Assembly: GCA_963666055.2 (NCBI GenBank)
Contig: CAXWPH010000011.1
Location: 96,001-160,000 of the forward strand
DNA: 64,000 nt
Source of the DNA: Acidobacteriota bacterium
Lineage (GTDB): Bacteria; Acidobacteriota; UBA890; WLXD01
Direction: 5' to 3'
The notes beneath the pieces were generated by a model. That model had not been told where the DNA came from. It worked only from the letters and a program-made list of their open reading frames with translations, and did no database searches. This document shows, piece by piece, positions 51,747-61,357 of the stretch. Both the position numbers and the translations under genes were made by a program. The first letter of the stretch is position 1; the number at the start of each line of letters is the position of its first letter.

Positions 51747-53114
51747 ATGAAGAACAACCACCGTGCCCTTGCGGTCGCGCGATACAGCGCGCTCCTCCTC
51801 GCAGCCCCAGCAGCGGTTCTCGTGGCGAGCAACCTGGCGTTTGCCGCCGGCCCGGCCGGCGATGACGACCCGGTCACCTTCACCAAGGACGTAGCGCCGA
51901 TCCTGCAGGTGAAGTGTCAGGACTGCCACCAGCCGGATTCCATCGCTCCGATGTCGCTGATGACGTACGACGAGGTGTATCCGTACGTGGCGATGATCCG
52001 GAAAGAGGTCTCTGACCGGCGGATGCCGCCGTGGCACATCGACAAAACAAGGGGCATCCAGCACTTCAAGAACGACCGTTCGCTGACCGACGACGAGCTG
52101 GCCACCATGCTTCGGTGGATCGATGACGGCGCACCGATGGGCGACCCGGCCGACATGCCGCCGCCGCGCGAGTTCCTCGACCCGACCCGCTGGCACCTGG
52201 CGGAGCAGTTCGGCGAGCCCGACCTGATCCTACGCACCACGCCCTACACCGTGGCCGAGCTGGGGCAGGACAAGTGGTGGCGCCCGGTCGTGGAGACCGG
52301 GGTCACCGAGCCGCGGTGGGTCCGGGCTATCGAGGTCAAGCCTTCCTATCCAGGTGGCCGCCAGGCCGTGCACCATGTCATGGCCTACCTGATCCAGGAG
52401 GAAACGGAATACGCGGGTCTGCCGAGGAACTTGTCAGGCAGGCAGCGCCGCGCCGGAACGTTCATGGAACACGCGATCGGCAAGGTGGGCGAGGTGTTCC
52501 CGGAGGACACCGGCAAGCTCCTGCTGCCCGGTTCCGCGATCCAGTTCGAAGTCCACTACTACGCCTATGGCGACCCGGTTACCGACGACGTGGTGGAGAT
52601 GGGTATCTACTTCTACCCCCGTGGACACCGGCCGAAGCACCGCACCATGCTGCGCATGATCGGCGAGGGCTCGAGTGAGGGACGCCTGGAGATTCCACCC
52701 GGCACGGTCAGCATGATCCAGCACGAGATGGTTCTTCCGGTGCCGGCGCGTCTCCTGAACTTCCAGCCGCACATGCACATGCGAGGCAAGGCGCAATCGC
52801 TCGAGGCCATCTATCCGGACGGCAGACGTGAGCTGCTCGCCCACGTGGACAACTTCCAATGGAACTGGCAGGTCAACTACATCTTCGAAGACGATGTCGC
52901 GCCCCTACTGCCGGCCGGAACGACCCTCATGGTCACAAGCTGGCACGACAATACCGCCGACAACCCGCATAACCCGGACCCTGAGAACTGGGTGGGCTAT
53001 GGCGATCGCACCGTCGACGAGATGGCGCACGTGTGGATCGACCTCACCTTCATGGAGGAGGAGGCCTTCGACGAGGCGGTAGCCCGGCGAGAGGCCGCGG
53101 GTGCGGGGGAGTAG
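51747..53114 (+). CDS. Cytochrome c domain fused to a copper type II monooxygenase-like (PHM/DBH) domain
   Basis: Signal peptide; TFTKDVAPIL..CQDCH, MPPW; VHH, HY, PHMHMRG, DEM motifs. Confidence 0.78.
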   Translation: MKNNHRALAVARYSALLLAAPAAVLVASNLAFAAGPAGDDDPVTFTKDVAPILQVKCQDCHQPDSIAPMSLMTYDEVYPYVAMIRKEVSDRRMPPWHIDKTRGIQHFKNDRSLTDDELATMLRWIDDGAPMGDPADMPPPREFLDPTRWHLAEQFGEPDLILRTTPYTVAELGQDKWWRPVVETGVTEPRWVRAIEVKPSYPGGRQAVHHVMAYLIQEETEYAGLPRNLSGRQRRAGTFMEHAIGKVGEVFPEDTGKLLLPGSAIQFEVHYYAYGDPVTDDVVEMGIYFYPRGHRPKHRTMLRMIGEGSSEGRLEIPPGTVSMIQHEMVLPVPARLLNFQPHMHMRGKAQSLEAIYPDGRRELLAHVDNFQWNWQVNYIFEDDVAPLLPAGTTLMVTSWHDNTADNPHNPDPENWVGYGDRTVDEMAHVWIDLTFMEEEAFDEAVARREAAGAGE

Positions 53115-53235
53115 AGCGACCGCTCTCTTCGGCTTGATCGCCTGAACCCGATCCTGTCGCGCTGCGAGGTGCACCGCGGGAGGTCTGTCTCGCCGGCGGG
53201 AAATCCGTTCACCGCCAGCATGGCGGAAGGCTAGC

Positions 53236-54000
53236 TCACGTTGCTGACATCAGCTCCGTCACGGCCCGGTGAGCCTCACCGATGGCGGTCTCGGTCATGG
53301 CCCATGCGCCGGCGTCGGAGTTGGCGATCGCGATGCGGCCGAAAGGTTGGCGAGCGACGAGCCACGACGACCGCTCGGGCGGCACGTCGTCGAGCCTCCA
53401 CGCGACCTCACCGGTCTCCGAATCCTGACCGAAGGCATAACCATGCGGCCAGCGGTTGACGGTGATCGCCGCGATGTCGCGCGCCGGGTCGAAGCCCCCG
53501 GCGGACAGCATGCGGCCGAGCTGATCCCTGATCTTGCGCTCGAACGTCTCGAACGTCGTCGCCAACAGACCCCGGCGGGCCGCTCGCCACTGCTCCGGCG
53601 CCGGCCGCCCTCGGGCCTCGGGCACCAGGGGAACGCGGAACATGCGCATCACGGCGGGCTCGTCGGGCGTGCTCGCGTGTCGGTAGCCCCCAATGCTGAT
53701 CGGCGGCGTCAGATTGACGTTGTCGAAGTAACTGCCGGGAGAGCGCACGGCGTGCGTACCGAGCTTGGCAAAGGCGGTCCAGTTGCGGAGCAGGACATTG
53801 GTGTAGACCAGGGGCGCCTTCAGTGCGTTCGATAGTGCCTGCCTTTGCGACTCCGGCAGCTCCTCACAGATGAAAGGGATCACGGCGTTGTAGCAGGCGA
53901 GCACACAACGACCGGCGCGGGCTCGCCGAGCACGGCCGTGCCGGACGTAGGTGACCTCGACCTCGTCGGCGGACTGCGGATCGCCACGGTGGCCAACCCG
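53236..54000 (-). pseudogene. C-terminal part of a spermidine dehydrogenase-like flavoprotein
   Basis: KAPLVYTNV, FETFERKIRDQL, GFDPARDIAAITVNRWPHGYA, GRIAIANSDA; N-terminal FAD-binding part missing. Confidence 0.78.
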
Positions 54001-54292
54001 CGAGGTCTTCTTGATCTCCAGGCGCCCGAGTCTTCTCGACTCACTTCGGAAGAGCATTCTTGAAGAACTTGAGTCAGAAGAACACGACAAGGTCACCCTT
54101 CTGTCCCCTGAAGAGTTGTGGACTCGTCTAGAACAGGCGTCGGAGTCAGAAACCCCGGAGACTACGGTTGCTGGCTATACCGTTTCTGTCGAACGGCATG
54201 CTACAAAACCTGAAGAGTGGCGAGCTCGAAGCAGAGCTATCGCTGGGGTTATTGCCAACAGTCTCAAGAAACTAAGGAAGGGATCGGAATAG
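54001..54292 (+). pseudogene. 3' end of a truncated mobile-element gene (possibly coupling-protein/ATPase C-terminus)
   Basis: Open frame ending ...ETTVAGYTVSV...AIAGVIANSLKKL just before the recombinase; lower GC; family assignment from memory only. Confidence 0.35.
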
Positions 54293-55835
54293 CGTGGACG
54301 AAGGACAGGGCCAATCTTCCGTCGATGTTGACTGGCAGGAATCTCCGGAAAGCAAATCCCAAAAGGTTGTTGGGATTTGGGTTCGGGTCTCGACGGAAAC
54401 TCAGGTTGAGAGCGAGAGCCCCGAGCATCACGAGTACCGGGCCAGGATGTATGCCGAGGCTAAGGGCTGGACGGTAGCTCGCGTCTACAACCTCTACGCC
54501 GTTTCGGGCAAGGCCGTCATGGACCGTCCTGAGACGGAAGAAATGCTCCGGGATGTTCGTGACGGCGTCATCACTGGACTGATCTTCTCGAAGCTCGCTC
54601 GCCTGGCTCGGAACACTCAGGAGCTTCTAGAGTTCAGCAAGCTATTCCAATCCTACGAAGCTGACCTCATCTCCCTCCAAGAATCGATCGATACATCCAC
54701 TCCTGCAGGGCGTTTCTTCTTCACCATCGTTGCTGGCATGGCCCAATGGGAGAGAGAGGAAATCTCGGACCGGATTTCGGCTTCCGTTCCGATCAGAGCG
54801 AAGCTCGGCAAACCTCTTGGAGGCACTGGCACTTTTGGTTATCGATGGAATGAGGGCAAGTTAGAACCTCATCCTGATGAGGCTCCAGTACGCAGGCGAA
54901 TCTACGAACTGTTCGCCAAAGAAAAACGCTTGAAGGCAGTCGCCAGGATCTTGAACGATGCCGGACATCGCACGAAGAGAGGTGCCAAGTTCACGGATAC
55001 GACCATCCGCAGACTCATAGAAGACCCGACAGCCAAAGGTCTTCGTCGAGCTAACTACACTCGGAGCATGGGTGAGGGAAAGGGTTGGGAGTTGAAGCCC
55101 GAAAAAGACTGGGTGTTGATTCCCGTCGAGCCAATCGTCTCGGAAGAACTTTGGGACGAGTGCAACCATTTCCTGGCTGAGCGCGCTCGTGGACGAAAGC
55201 CGGCCAAGAAGAGGAAGCATCTCTTCTCCGGCTTTGTCTGGTGCAAGTGTGGCCAGAGGATGTACGTGCCCTCGAACACACCGAAATATGTATGCCGTGG
55301 ATGTCGCAACAAAATCACCGTCCGAGATTTGGAGGCGGTCTTTGTTCACGAACTCAAGAGCCTATTTCTTTCTGAAGAGCAAGTCGCTACTTACCTCGAC
55401 CAAGGAAATCAAGCTCAGGGTAAGAAAGAAGAGCTTCTTCAAGCTTTGAATCGAGAGCACACCAGGCTCAACAAGGAGTCCGACAAGCTCTACCAGCTCT
55501 ACCAAGGTGACCAGCTCAGCCCTGAGGGATTTGGCAAGCGTCACCGACCTCTAGAGGAGAGGCTTGAACAACTCGACATGGAGATTCCAAGACTCCAGGG
55601 GGAAATCGATTTCCTCCGGATCAGCAACCTATCGAGTGTCGAGATTATTGCTGGTGCTAGGGAGCTCTATAGCCGTTGGGAAGACCAATCTGAGGAAAAC
55701 AAACGAACCGTTGTCGAGAACATCGTTAGGCGAATCACCATCGGAAAGAAGGATGTCAAATTCGCTCTCGAATACATGCCGCCCATTCCTCCGGCACCCC
55801 TCCCTAAAACGGTGGTAAATAGGCAACAAACCCAT
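54001..55835 (+). mobile_element. Terminal remnant of an integrative element inserted in comM/yifB
   Basis: Visibly lower GC than flanks; large serine recombinase abutting the 3' part of comM. Confidence 0.8.
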
Positions 55836-56027
55836 GTCCTTGTGGCCGAGGCCCCGGCGACGATGCTTGCACCTGCGGCGAGCTCGAGATCGCCCGCTAC
55901 CGGCGCCGCGTCTCCGGTGCCCTGCTCGACCGTATCGATATCTTCGTCGCCGTCGAACGCACCTGCCTGCGCGAGCTCGTCCACGCTGACTCCGGGGAGC
56001 CGACTGCCGAGGTACGCAAGCGCGTGA
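54294..56027 (+). CDS. Large serine recombinase (resolvase, recombinase, zinc ribbon, coiled coil)
   Basis: WVRVST catalytic Ser, VSGK, SKLARLARN, DTSTPAGR, FGY, EPIVSEELW, CKCG..CRGC; last ~65 codons derive from host comM sequence read out of frame. Confidence 0.93.
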   Translation: MDEGQGQSSVDVDWQESPESKSQKVVGIWVRVSTETQVESESPEHHEYRARMYAEAKGWTVARVYNLYAVSGKAVMDRPETEEMLRDVRDGVITGLIFSKLARLARNTQELLEFSKLFQSYEADLISLQESIDTSTPAGRFFFTIVAGMAQWEREEISDRISASVPIRAKLGKPLGGTGTFGYRWNEGKLEPHPDEAPVRRRIYELFAKEKRLKAVARILNDAGHRTKRGAKFTDTTIRRLIEDPTAKGLRRANYTRSMGEGKGWELKPEKDWVLIPVEPIVSEELWDECNHFLAERARGRKPAKKRKHLFSGFVWCKCGQRMYVPSNTPKYVCRGCRNKITVRDLEAVFVHELKSLFLSEEQVATYLDQGNQAQGKKEELLQALNREHTRLNKESDKLYQLYQGDQLSPEGFGKRHRPLEERLEQLDMEIPRLQGEIDFLRISNLSSVEIIAGARELYSRWEDQSEENKRTVVENIVRRITIGKKDVKFALEYMPPIPPAPLPKTVVNRQQTHVLVAEAPATMLAPAASSRSPATGAASPVPCSTVSISSSPSNAPACASSSTLTPGSRLPRYASA

Positions 56028-56299
56028 TCGCCGCCCGCCAGCTGCAGCGCCAGCGCAATCGCCACTTCGACGCCGTCCCCACGGGGCTCAACGCGGCGCT
56101 GCCGGCACGCCGTCTCGACATCGTCTGCGGCCTCGGACCGTCGCTCCTCACTAAGGTTCGGCGATTCGCCGACGACCTACGTCTGAGTGCCCGCGCCTGG
56201 CATCGTATGTTGAGGGTGGCGAGAACGATCGCTGATCTCGACGGAGCGACCCGGGTGCAGGAGCAGCATGCGCTGGAGGCGCTCCATTACCGTCCCTAG
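55823..56299 (+). pseudogene. comM: 3' fragment of ComM/YifB Mg-chelatase-like ATPase
   Basis: Frame from 55823: ATNPCPCG...CTC...RYRRRVSGALLDRIDI...LSARAWHRMLRVARTIADL...EALHYR; in-frame TAG immediately upstream. Confidence 0.9.
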
Positions 56300-56310
56300 G
56301 CGACGAGCGG

Positions 56311-56773
56311 GGCACTGTCAACTTAACCGCCCGAGCCTTCCGCCCGCTGAGTCCTGACATCCAGAGAGATAGCTTCTCAGGAAGCGGTGGCTCCCTGCCA
56401 GGCCATCATGGATCGGGCGCGCAACAGCCGGTAGTTTGCGGCTCGCAAGCGGTGCCGTCCCAGTCGAAAGAGGTTGAGGACCACTCCGTGCACGGCCAAG
56501 GAACGTTGAGCCTGCCCTGCTGACTTGAACCGCCGCATCTGCCGTTCCCGCTGGCGAGTTGGCTGATACGCGACCTCTGCTCGGTTGTTCGCAAGTAACC
56601 TCGACCCCGCGCTCGGCCAGCAGATCCTCGAGGTCTCGGAGGCTCAAGCCAAACCGATGATAGAGCCAGACGGCGTGGCTGATGATCTCGATCGGGAAAC
56701 GGTGTCTGCGATAGCGGCTCGCGGCGTTGGTCATAGCCGCACCTGCCAGCACCTTCGTTAAGTTGACAATGCC
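56311..56773 (-). mobile_element. IS6-family element, internally deleted
   Basis: IRs ggcactgtcaacttaac / gttaagttgacaatgcc; transposase N-terminus YRRHRFPIEIISHAVWLYHRFGLSLRD joined out of frame to C-terminus NNRAE..QPTRQRERQMRRFKS. Confidence 0.92.
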
Positions 56774-56783
56774 ACTCCGGGAG

Positions 56784-57203
56784 CTATATCCAGCCGAGTT
56801 CCTTCATCGCCCACGGGGCATTCCATATCTTGGTCATGCGCTCGACTTTGTCGCTCTCGTTCATGGTTAGTACGTAGACATAGTGCGTGTTCGTTTCTTT
56901 GTTGGTCGGAGGGACCGGACCACCTTCGCCAGTATGCGTGGCGTGAAACGTCGCAAAGAAAACGGCGCTTCTCGTCGCGTCGTCATAAGAAGAGGTGTGT
57001 AGGTCGTAGGTCGCGCCGGGAACCGTCACGTTGCCGAAGCCAGCCATCCACTCGCAGTAGGCCTCGACCGTGTGTAGGTCGACCAGAGGCTCACTCTGCG
57101 CGGTGAAAGTCGCACCGTCAGCGACATACTCCTTACAAGCCTCCCATCCCGCTGCTGCGTCACAAGCCTCGAAGAACTTCCTGGCGTTGTCGAAAGCGCC
57201 CAT
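56784..57203 (-). CDS. SnoaL-like/NTF2 family protein
   Basis: GGAG RBS; FFEAC..GW, THTGEGGPVPPT, YVYV, KIWN. Confidence 0.8.
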   Translation of the reverse strand: MGAFDNARKFFEACDAAAGWEACKEYVADGATFTAQSEPLVDLHTVEAYCEWMAGFGNVTVPGATYDLHTSSYDDATRSAVFFATFHATHTGEGGPVPPTNKETNTHYVYVLTMNESDKVERMTKIWNAPWAMKELGWI

Positions 57204-57258
57204 CCTCTCCTCCTCTAGATATTCGTCGCCGGTGCAGGTACCAAAGCAGGATAGCTGA

Positions 57259-57272
57259 AACCTGACAGTACC
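57259..57272. repeat. Isolated IS6-like inverted-repeat end
   Basis: aacctgacagtacc, 13/14 match to the MITE end aacttgacagtacc. Confidence 0.5.
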
Positions 57273-57284
57273 GTCGTGGGTGTC

Positions 57285-59897
57285 CTAACGATCGCCCCAG
57301 GAGCAGGTGGCGCTTACGGGGAACAGTGCATCGAGCATCGAGCCGACGGGCGGAAGGTCGGCGCTCATAAGCGCCGGGTCGAGCCACGAAGGTGCCGGTT
57401 GTCCGATCGGCGCGCCGGGTGGCGTGGTTTGCTGACGAGCGCGGGAGTAGGCTGCGGCCGGGCGCGTCAGAAACCGGTCCATGTCGCGCTTCAGCAGAGC
57501 GAAATGCGCCTGGCTGGGTCCCATCATCCCATCGGTTCGTCCGATCCGCGTCGCGAAGCGCATGCTCATCGCGGCCAGCCGGGAGGTGGCGATCGCCCGC
57601 ACCTGGGGCATGGGCGCGTTGGCTGCTAGCGACATCACCTGTTCGACGACGGCGCGCTGAACGGCGCGAATGATCTCCTGCTCGTAGCCGTCGTCGCTGT
57701 CCATACTGAACACCGCCTGGAAGCTGCGATCGAGGACGTCGTCGAGGCCCGGCAGCGAGCTGTCGAGGGCGTGCTGCTCGACCATCCGCGCGGCGCGAGC
57801 CGCGTCGAAGATATTTGCCGCCACGTGCTGAGCGGCCACCACGGCCGGTGTAATCGCGTCGAACGTCATCCCGGTGTAGCGCGGAAACAGCTCGCGGTGG
57901 CGCTCGTATCCCGGCGGCCTCAACGGCAGCTGTGCCAGGAGCGAGCGCGGGAGGGCCAGCTCAGAGGGCTGCAGCGTTGCCAGCAGGGCTTCGAGTGCCG
58001 CCATCTGTTCGCTGCCCGGCACCGCCCCGTTGGCGTCGCCGTGGCCGTCACCGCGCAGCGCGTAGTGGGAGTTCGTGCCGCCGATGGCGGAGGCGGCCGC
58101 TTCGACCTGATAGCGATGATGCAGGTACAGCGGCACCAGTGCTTCCTCGATCGTCGCCAGCGGCGCGCCGAGCTTGATGGCGTTGTCTCCGAAGCGATCG
58201 AGCGCGTGCCGGCGAACCGCCATCATCCGGTTGAGCTCGGCGGCCGGATCATCGCCGTTGGCCCACAGGTGCACGCGCGGCTGCGTCGACAAGTCCTGGT
58301 AGTCCATGTAGATGAGGTCGCGCTCCCAGGCCTCGTCAAGGATGGCGCGGAGCTCCTCTGCCTCGTCGGCCCCAGGCGGGAAATCCTGGTAAGCGTACGT
58401 TACGGCGACCTTGTCCCAGTCGCCGATCTTGTCGTCGTAGACGGCCGAATAGTCGAGCTCGCCCTCGTCGGTGAGCTCGATCAGCGGATGCGGGTAATCC
58501 ATCACCGAGATGCGCCCGAGGCTGCTGGTGTAGTGGTTGTGGTTGAAGCCGAGCGTGTGGCCAACCTCGTGCGCCGACAGCTGCCGCAACCGTGCCAGCG
58601 CCCATTCAGCCAACTCCGGAGGGGTCTCGGTGCCGTTCTCGTAGGGCGACAGCAGGCCCTCTGCGATCAGGTAGTCCTGGCGTACGCGCAGCGACCCGAG
58701 CGTTACCCGACCCTTGATGATCTCGCCGGTGCGCGGGTCGCTGACCGATCCCCCGTAGCTCCAGCCGCGCGTCGAGCGATGCACCCACTGAATGATGTTG
58801 TAGCGCACGTCCATGTTGTCGGCGCCCTCGGGCAGCATCTCCACTTGGAAGGCATTGCGATAGCCGGCCGCCTCGTACGCTTGGTTCCACCAGCGTGCTC
58901 CATCCAGCAGCGCTGAGCGGATGGGCTCGGGGGTGCCCCGGTCCAGGTAGTAGACGATGGGCTCGACGGCGTCCGAGATCGCGGCGCTGGGGTCGACCTT
59001 CTGCAGCCGGTGACGGTTGACGAGCCGCTTGGTCAACGCCGTACCGAGCGGCACCGCGTAGTCCTCGTACGTCGGACCGTAGGAGCTGGCGCGCGTGTCG
59101 AAGGCGCGTGCCTCGTAACCGCCGTCGGGCAATTCCACGAACTGGTGATGCGTGCGGACGGTGACCGCCTCGATGCTCGGGGTCACCGCCGATAGCGAGC
59201 CTCGCCCGAAGCCACCGCCCGGCCCGCCTTGCGTCCCACCGCCACCGCCCTGAGTGGTGAATGTGAGGGTGGCGTTCATGATGACGTTCTTCGGGAAAGC
59301 CTTGGTGTGTTCCCTCGAGATGGCGCTGCGCGAGCTGTCGAGCTGATACTGGGCCGGCTGCAGGCTGACCGCCACACGGTGGGTGTCGCGCAACAGAAAC
59401 TCGGTCATGTCGACCAACGCGCGGCCGTCGGTCTCGGCGGCGACCGTGAAGCCCCACAGCACCGACTGTGCGAATGCTTCCTCGACCGCCACGCGCTCAT
59501 CGGCGTTGTCGCTGTCGGCCCGGTATCTCAGGTTGGGCTGCAGCATCAAGATCTTGGGGCCGACGCGCTCGAACCTGACGAGATTACTGCCGCCGCCCTG
59601 TCCTCGATCGAGTCCGATGTCGTTGGAGCCCAGCCCCGCCGCCAGCCCGCGGACGTAGAGGACGTCCTGGTCGAACCTGGCGATCTCCATGTAGAGCGTG
59701 CCCGCGGCGGCATCCCAATAGAGTGGGAAGAGGCCGTCGAGCTTCTCCATCGCGGCGACCGTCTCCTCGATCGAGGGCGGCGAGTCGGAAGCGGCGGGGC
59801 CGCCAGGCTCCTGGGCGATGGCGGGCGCCGGGGCGATCAGGAGCACGGCAAGTAGCGAAGTAGTGCGGCGGGCGCCCAGCCATCGACATTCGATCAA
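57285..59897 (-). CDS. Secreted zinc-dependent metalloprotease (DUF5117/DUF4953-type)
   Basis: DPRTGEIIKG, HEVGHTLGFNH, SVMDY Met-turn; TTG start at 59897 after GGAGG. Confidence 0.88.
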   Translation of the reverse strand: MIECRWLGARRTTSLLAVLLIAPAPAIAQEPGGPAASDSPPSIEETVAAMEKLDGLFPLYWDAAAGTLYMEIARFDQDVLYVRGLAAGLGSNDIGLDRGQGGGSNLVRFERVGPKILMLQPNLRYRADSDNADERVAVEEAFAQSVLWGFTVAAETDGRALVDMTEFLLRDTHRVAVSLQPAQYQLDSSRSAISREHTKAFPKNVIMNATLTFTTQGGGGGTQGGPGGGFGRGSLSAVTPSIEAVTVRTHHQFVELPDGGYEARAFDTRASSYGPTYEDYAVPLGTALTKRLVNRHRLQKVDPSAAISDAVEPIVYYLDRGTPEPIRSALLDGARWWNQAYEAAGYRNAFQVEMLPEGADNMDVRYNIIQWVHRSTRGWSYGGSVSDPRTGEIIKGRVTLGSLRVRQDYLIAEGLLSPYENGTETPPELAEWALARLRQLSAHEVGHTLGFNHNHYTSSLGRISVMDYPHPLIELTDEGELDYSAVYDDKIGDWDKVAVTYAYQDFPPGADEAEELRAILDEAWERDLIYMDYQDLSTQPRVHLWANGDDPAAELNRMMAVRRHALDRFGDNAIKLGAPLATIEEALVPLYLHHRYQVEAAASAIGGTNSHYALRGDGHGDANGAVPGSEQMAALEALLATLQPSELALPRSLLAQLPLRPPGYERHRELFPRYTGMTFDAITPAVVAAQHVAANIFDAARAARMVEQHALDSSLPGLDDVLDRSFQAVFSMDSDDGYEQEIIRAVQRAVVEQVMSLAANAPMPQVRAIATSRLAAMSMRFATRIGRTDGMMGPSQAHFALLKRDMDRFLTRPAAAYSRARQQTTPPGAPIGQPAPSWLDPALMSADLPPVGSMLDALFPVSATCSWGDR

Positions 59898-60236
59898 GGT
59901 GAACCTCCGGCGAAACGGGTCCCGAGGACACTGGCTCCGGCCGGCGGGGCCGGGCAAGGGCACTCGGGGAGGGATGTCGGTGAGCGAAAGTCGCCACTTT
60001 GCCAAGGTTGGCACCAATAACCAAGCCGGGGTCGCGGCTGCCACGGAGGGCACCATGATGATGACGGCAGACCGGTCTCGACTTGAAGCTCTTTGGCGGC
60101 GATTCGGCTCGCTGGGAAACGACGGTGAGGTAGACCGATCGATATTCTCTTATACGCTCCCGGTACCGCCCGTGAGCGGTGCCGGACGAACGTTCAAGAC
60201 CGGACACATGTATCAAATCACTCGAGAGGGAACGGC

Positions 60237-60995
60237 ATGGATTTCACCAACAAGCGGGTTCTGGTTACCGGCGGCAGCCGGGGTATCGGCTTTGCTATTG
60301 CGAAGGCCTTTGTCGACGCCGGCGGGCGAGTGGCTGTCAACGGCAGAACGAAGCAATCCGTGAGCGCCGCCATCGAGAAACTGGGCAATGGTGAGCGCCT
60401 GGTCGCAGCGCCCGGCGATATTGGAACCGTTCCCGGCTGCGAGTCAGCGGTAAAGACTGCGCACGACGCCTTCGGTGGCCTCGACATTCTGGTGAACAGC
60501 GCCGGCGTAGGTTCTGGTAGACCCATTGAGGATAGCGACGAGGCGATGTGGGACGCTCACGTCGACGTAAACCTGAAGGGCACATTCTTCTGCTGCCGTG
60601 CGGCATTATCCGAATTGCGGAAATCCACCGGCAATATCGTCAACATCGCCTCGGATGCCGGCCTGATGGGGGTGCCAGGAATCGTCGTGTACTGCGCCTC
60701 GAAGGCCGGGGTGGTCAACATGACCCGCGCCATGGCGTTGGAAATCGCGCCAGAGGTACGCGTCAATTGCGTATGCCCGGGTTATGTCGATACCGACATG
60801 ATCCGCCGCAACCATATCGACAAGGCTGAAGACCCATCCGCTGCAGAGCAGAGGATGATCGACTATGCGCCGATGAAGCGCATCGCAACGCCAGCCGAGA
60901 TCAGCCAGGCAGTTCTCTATCTGGCTTCATCCGAGGCGCGTTTCGTCACCGGCGCCGCGTTACCGATCGATGGTGGCGCGACTGCTGGCCATTGA
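60237..60995 (+). CDS. SDR family oxidoreductase
   Basis: TGGSRGIG, LVNSAG, YCASK, RVNCVCPG, IDGG. Confidence 0.93.
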   Translation: MDFTNKRVLVTGGSRGIGFAIAKAFVDAGGRVAVNGRTKQSVSAAIEKLGNGERLVAAPGDIGTVPGCESAVKTAHDAFGGLDILVNSAGVGSGRPIEDSDEAMWDAHVDVNLKGTFFCCRAALSELRKSTGNIVNIASDAGLMGVPGIVVYCASKAGVVNMTRAMALEIAPEVRVNCVCPGYVDTDMIRRNHIDKAEDPSAAEQRMIDYAPMKRIATPAEISQAVLYLASSEARFVTGAALPIDGGATAGH

Positions 60996-61018
60996 GTTTG
61001 CGTCTAATCTGTCCTGTG

Positions 61019-61215
61019 CCTACGGAAATGGCTCAGTCCTGGGTTCGAGCGGCTCGGTGGCCTCATCGACCCGCGGCAGGTAGATCTTGAACGTCGCGCC
61101 GTGCCCCGGCTCGCTATGGACGCCGATGGAGCCGTCGCTCTCTTTGACGATCCCGTCGCGACCCGTATCGCTCACCACCAGCATCACATAGCGGCCCGGT
61201 ACGATGCTCCTGTTC
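61019..61215 (-). pseudogene. Histidine kinase HATPase remnant with internal deletion
   Basis: [13 protein letters not shown] joined to [29 protein letters not shown]; the G1-F-G2 segment is missing. Confidence 0.7.
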
Positions 61216-61357
61216 CCGATTGAGACAAGCCAGCTTCGCTTGTCCTGAATCGGCCGGCAGATTAGCCTCCAACTGCGCAGCAGCCGAGGTTATTGGCAGG
61301 GAGAAGAACTGTTTCGGTTGCTGAGAATTCATCGAGCGCGGAGTTTCATGTCCTCAG

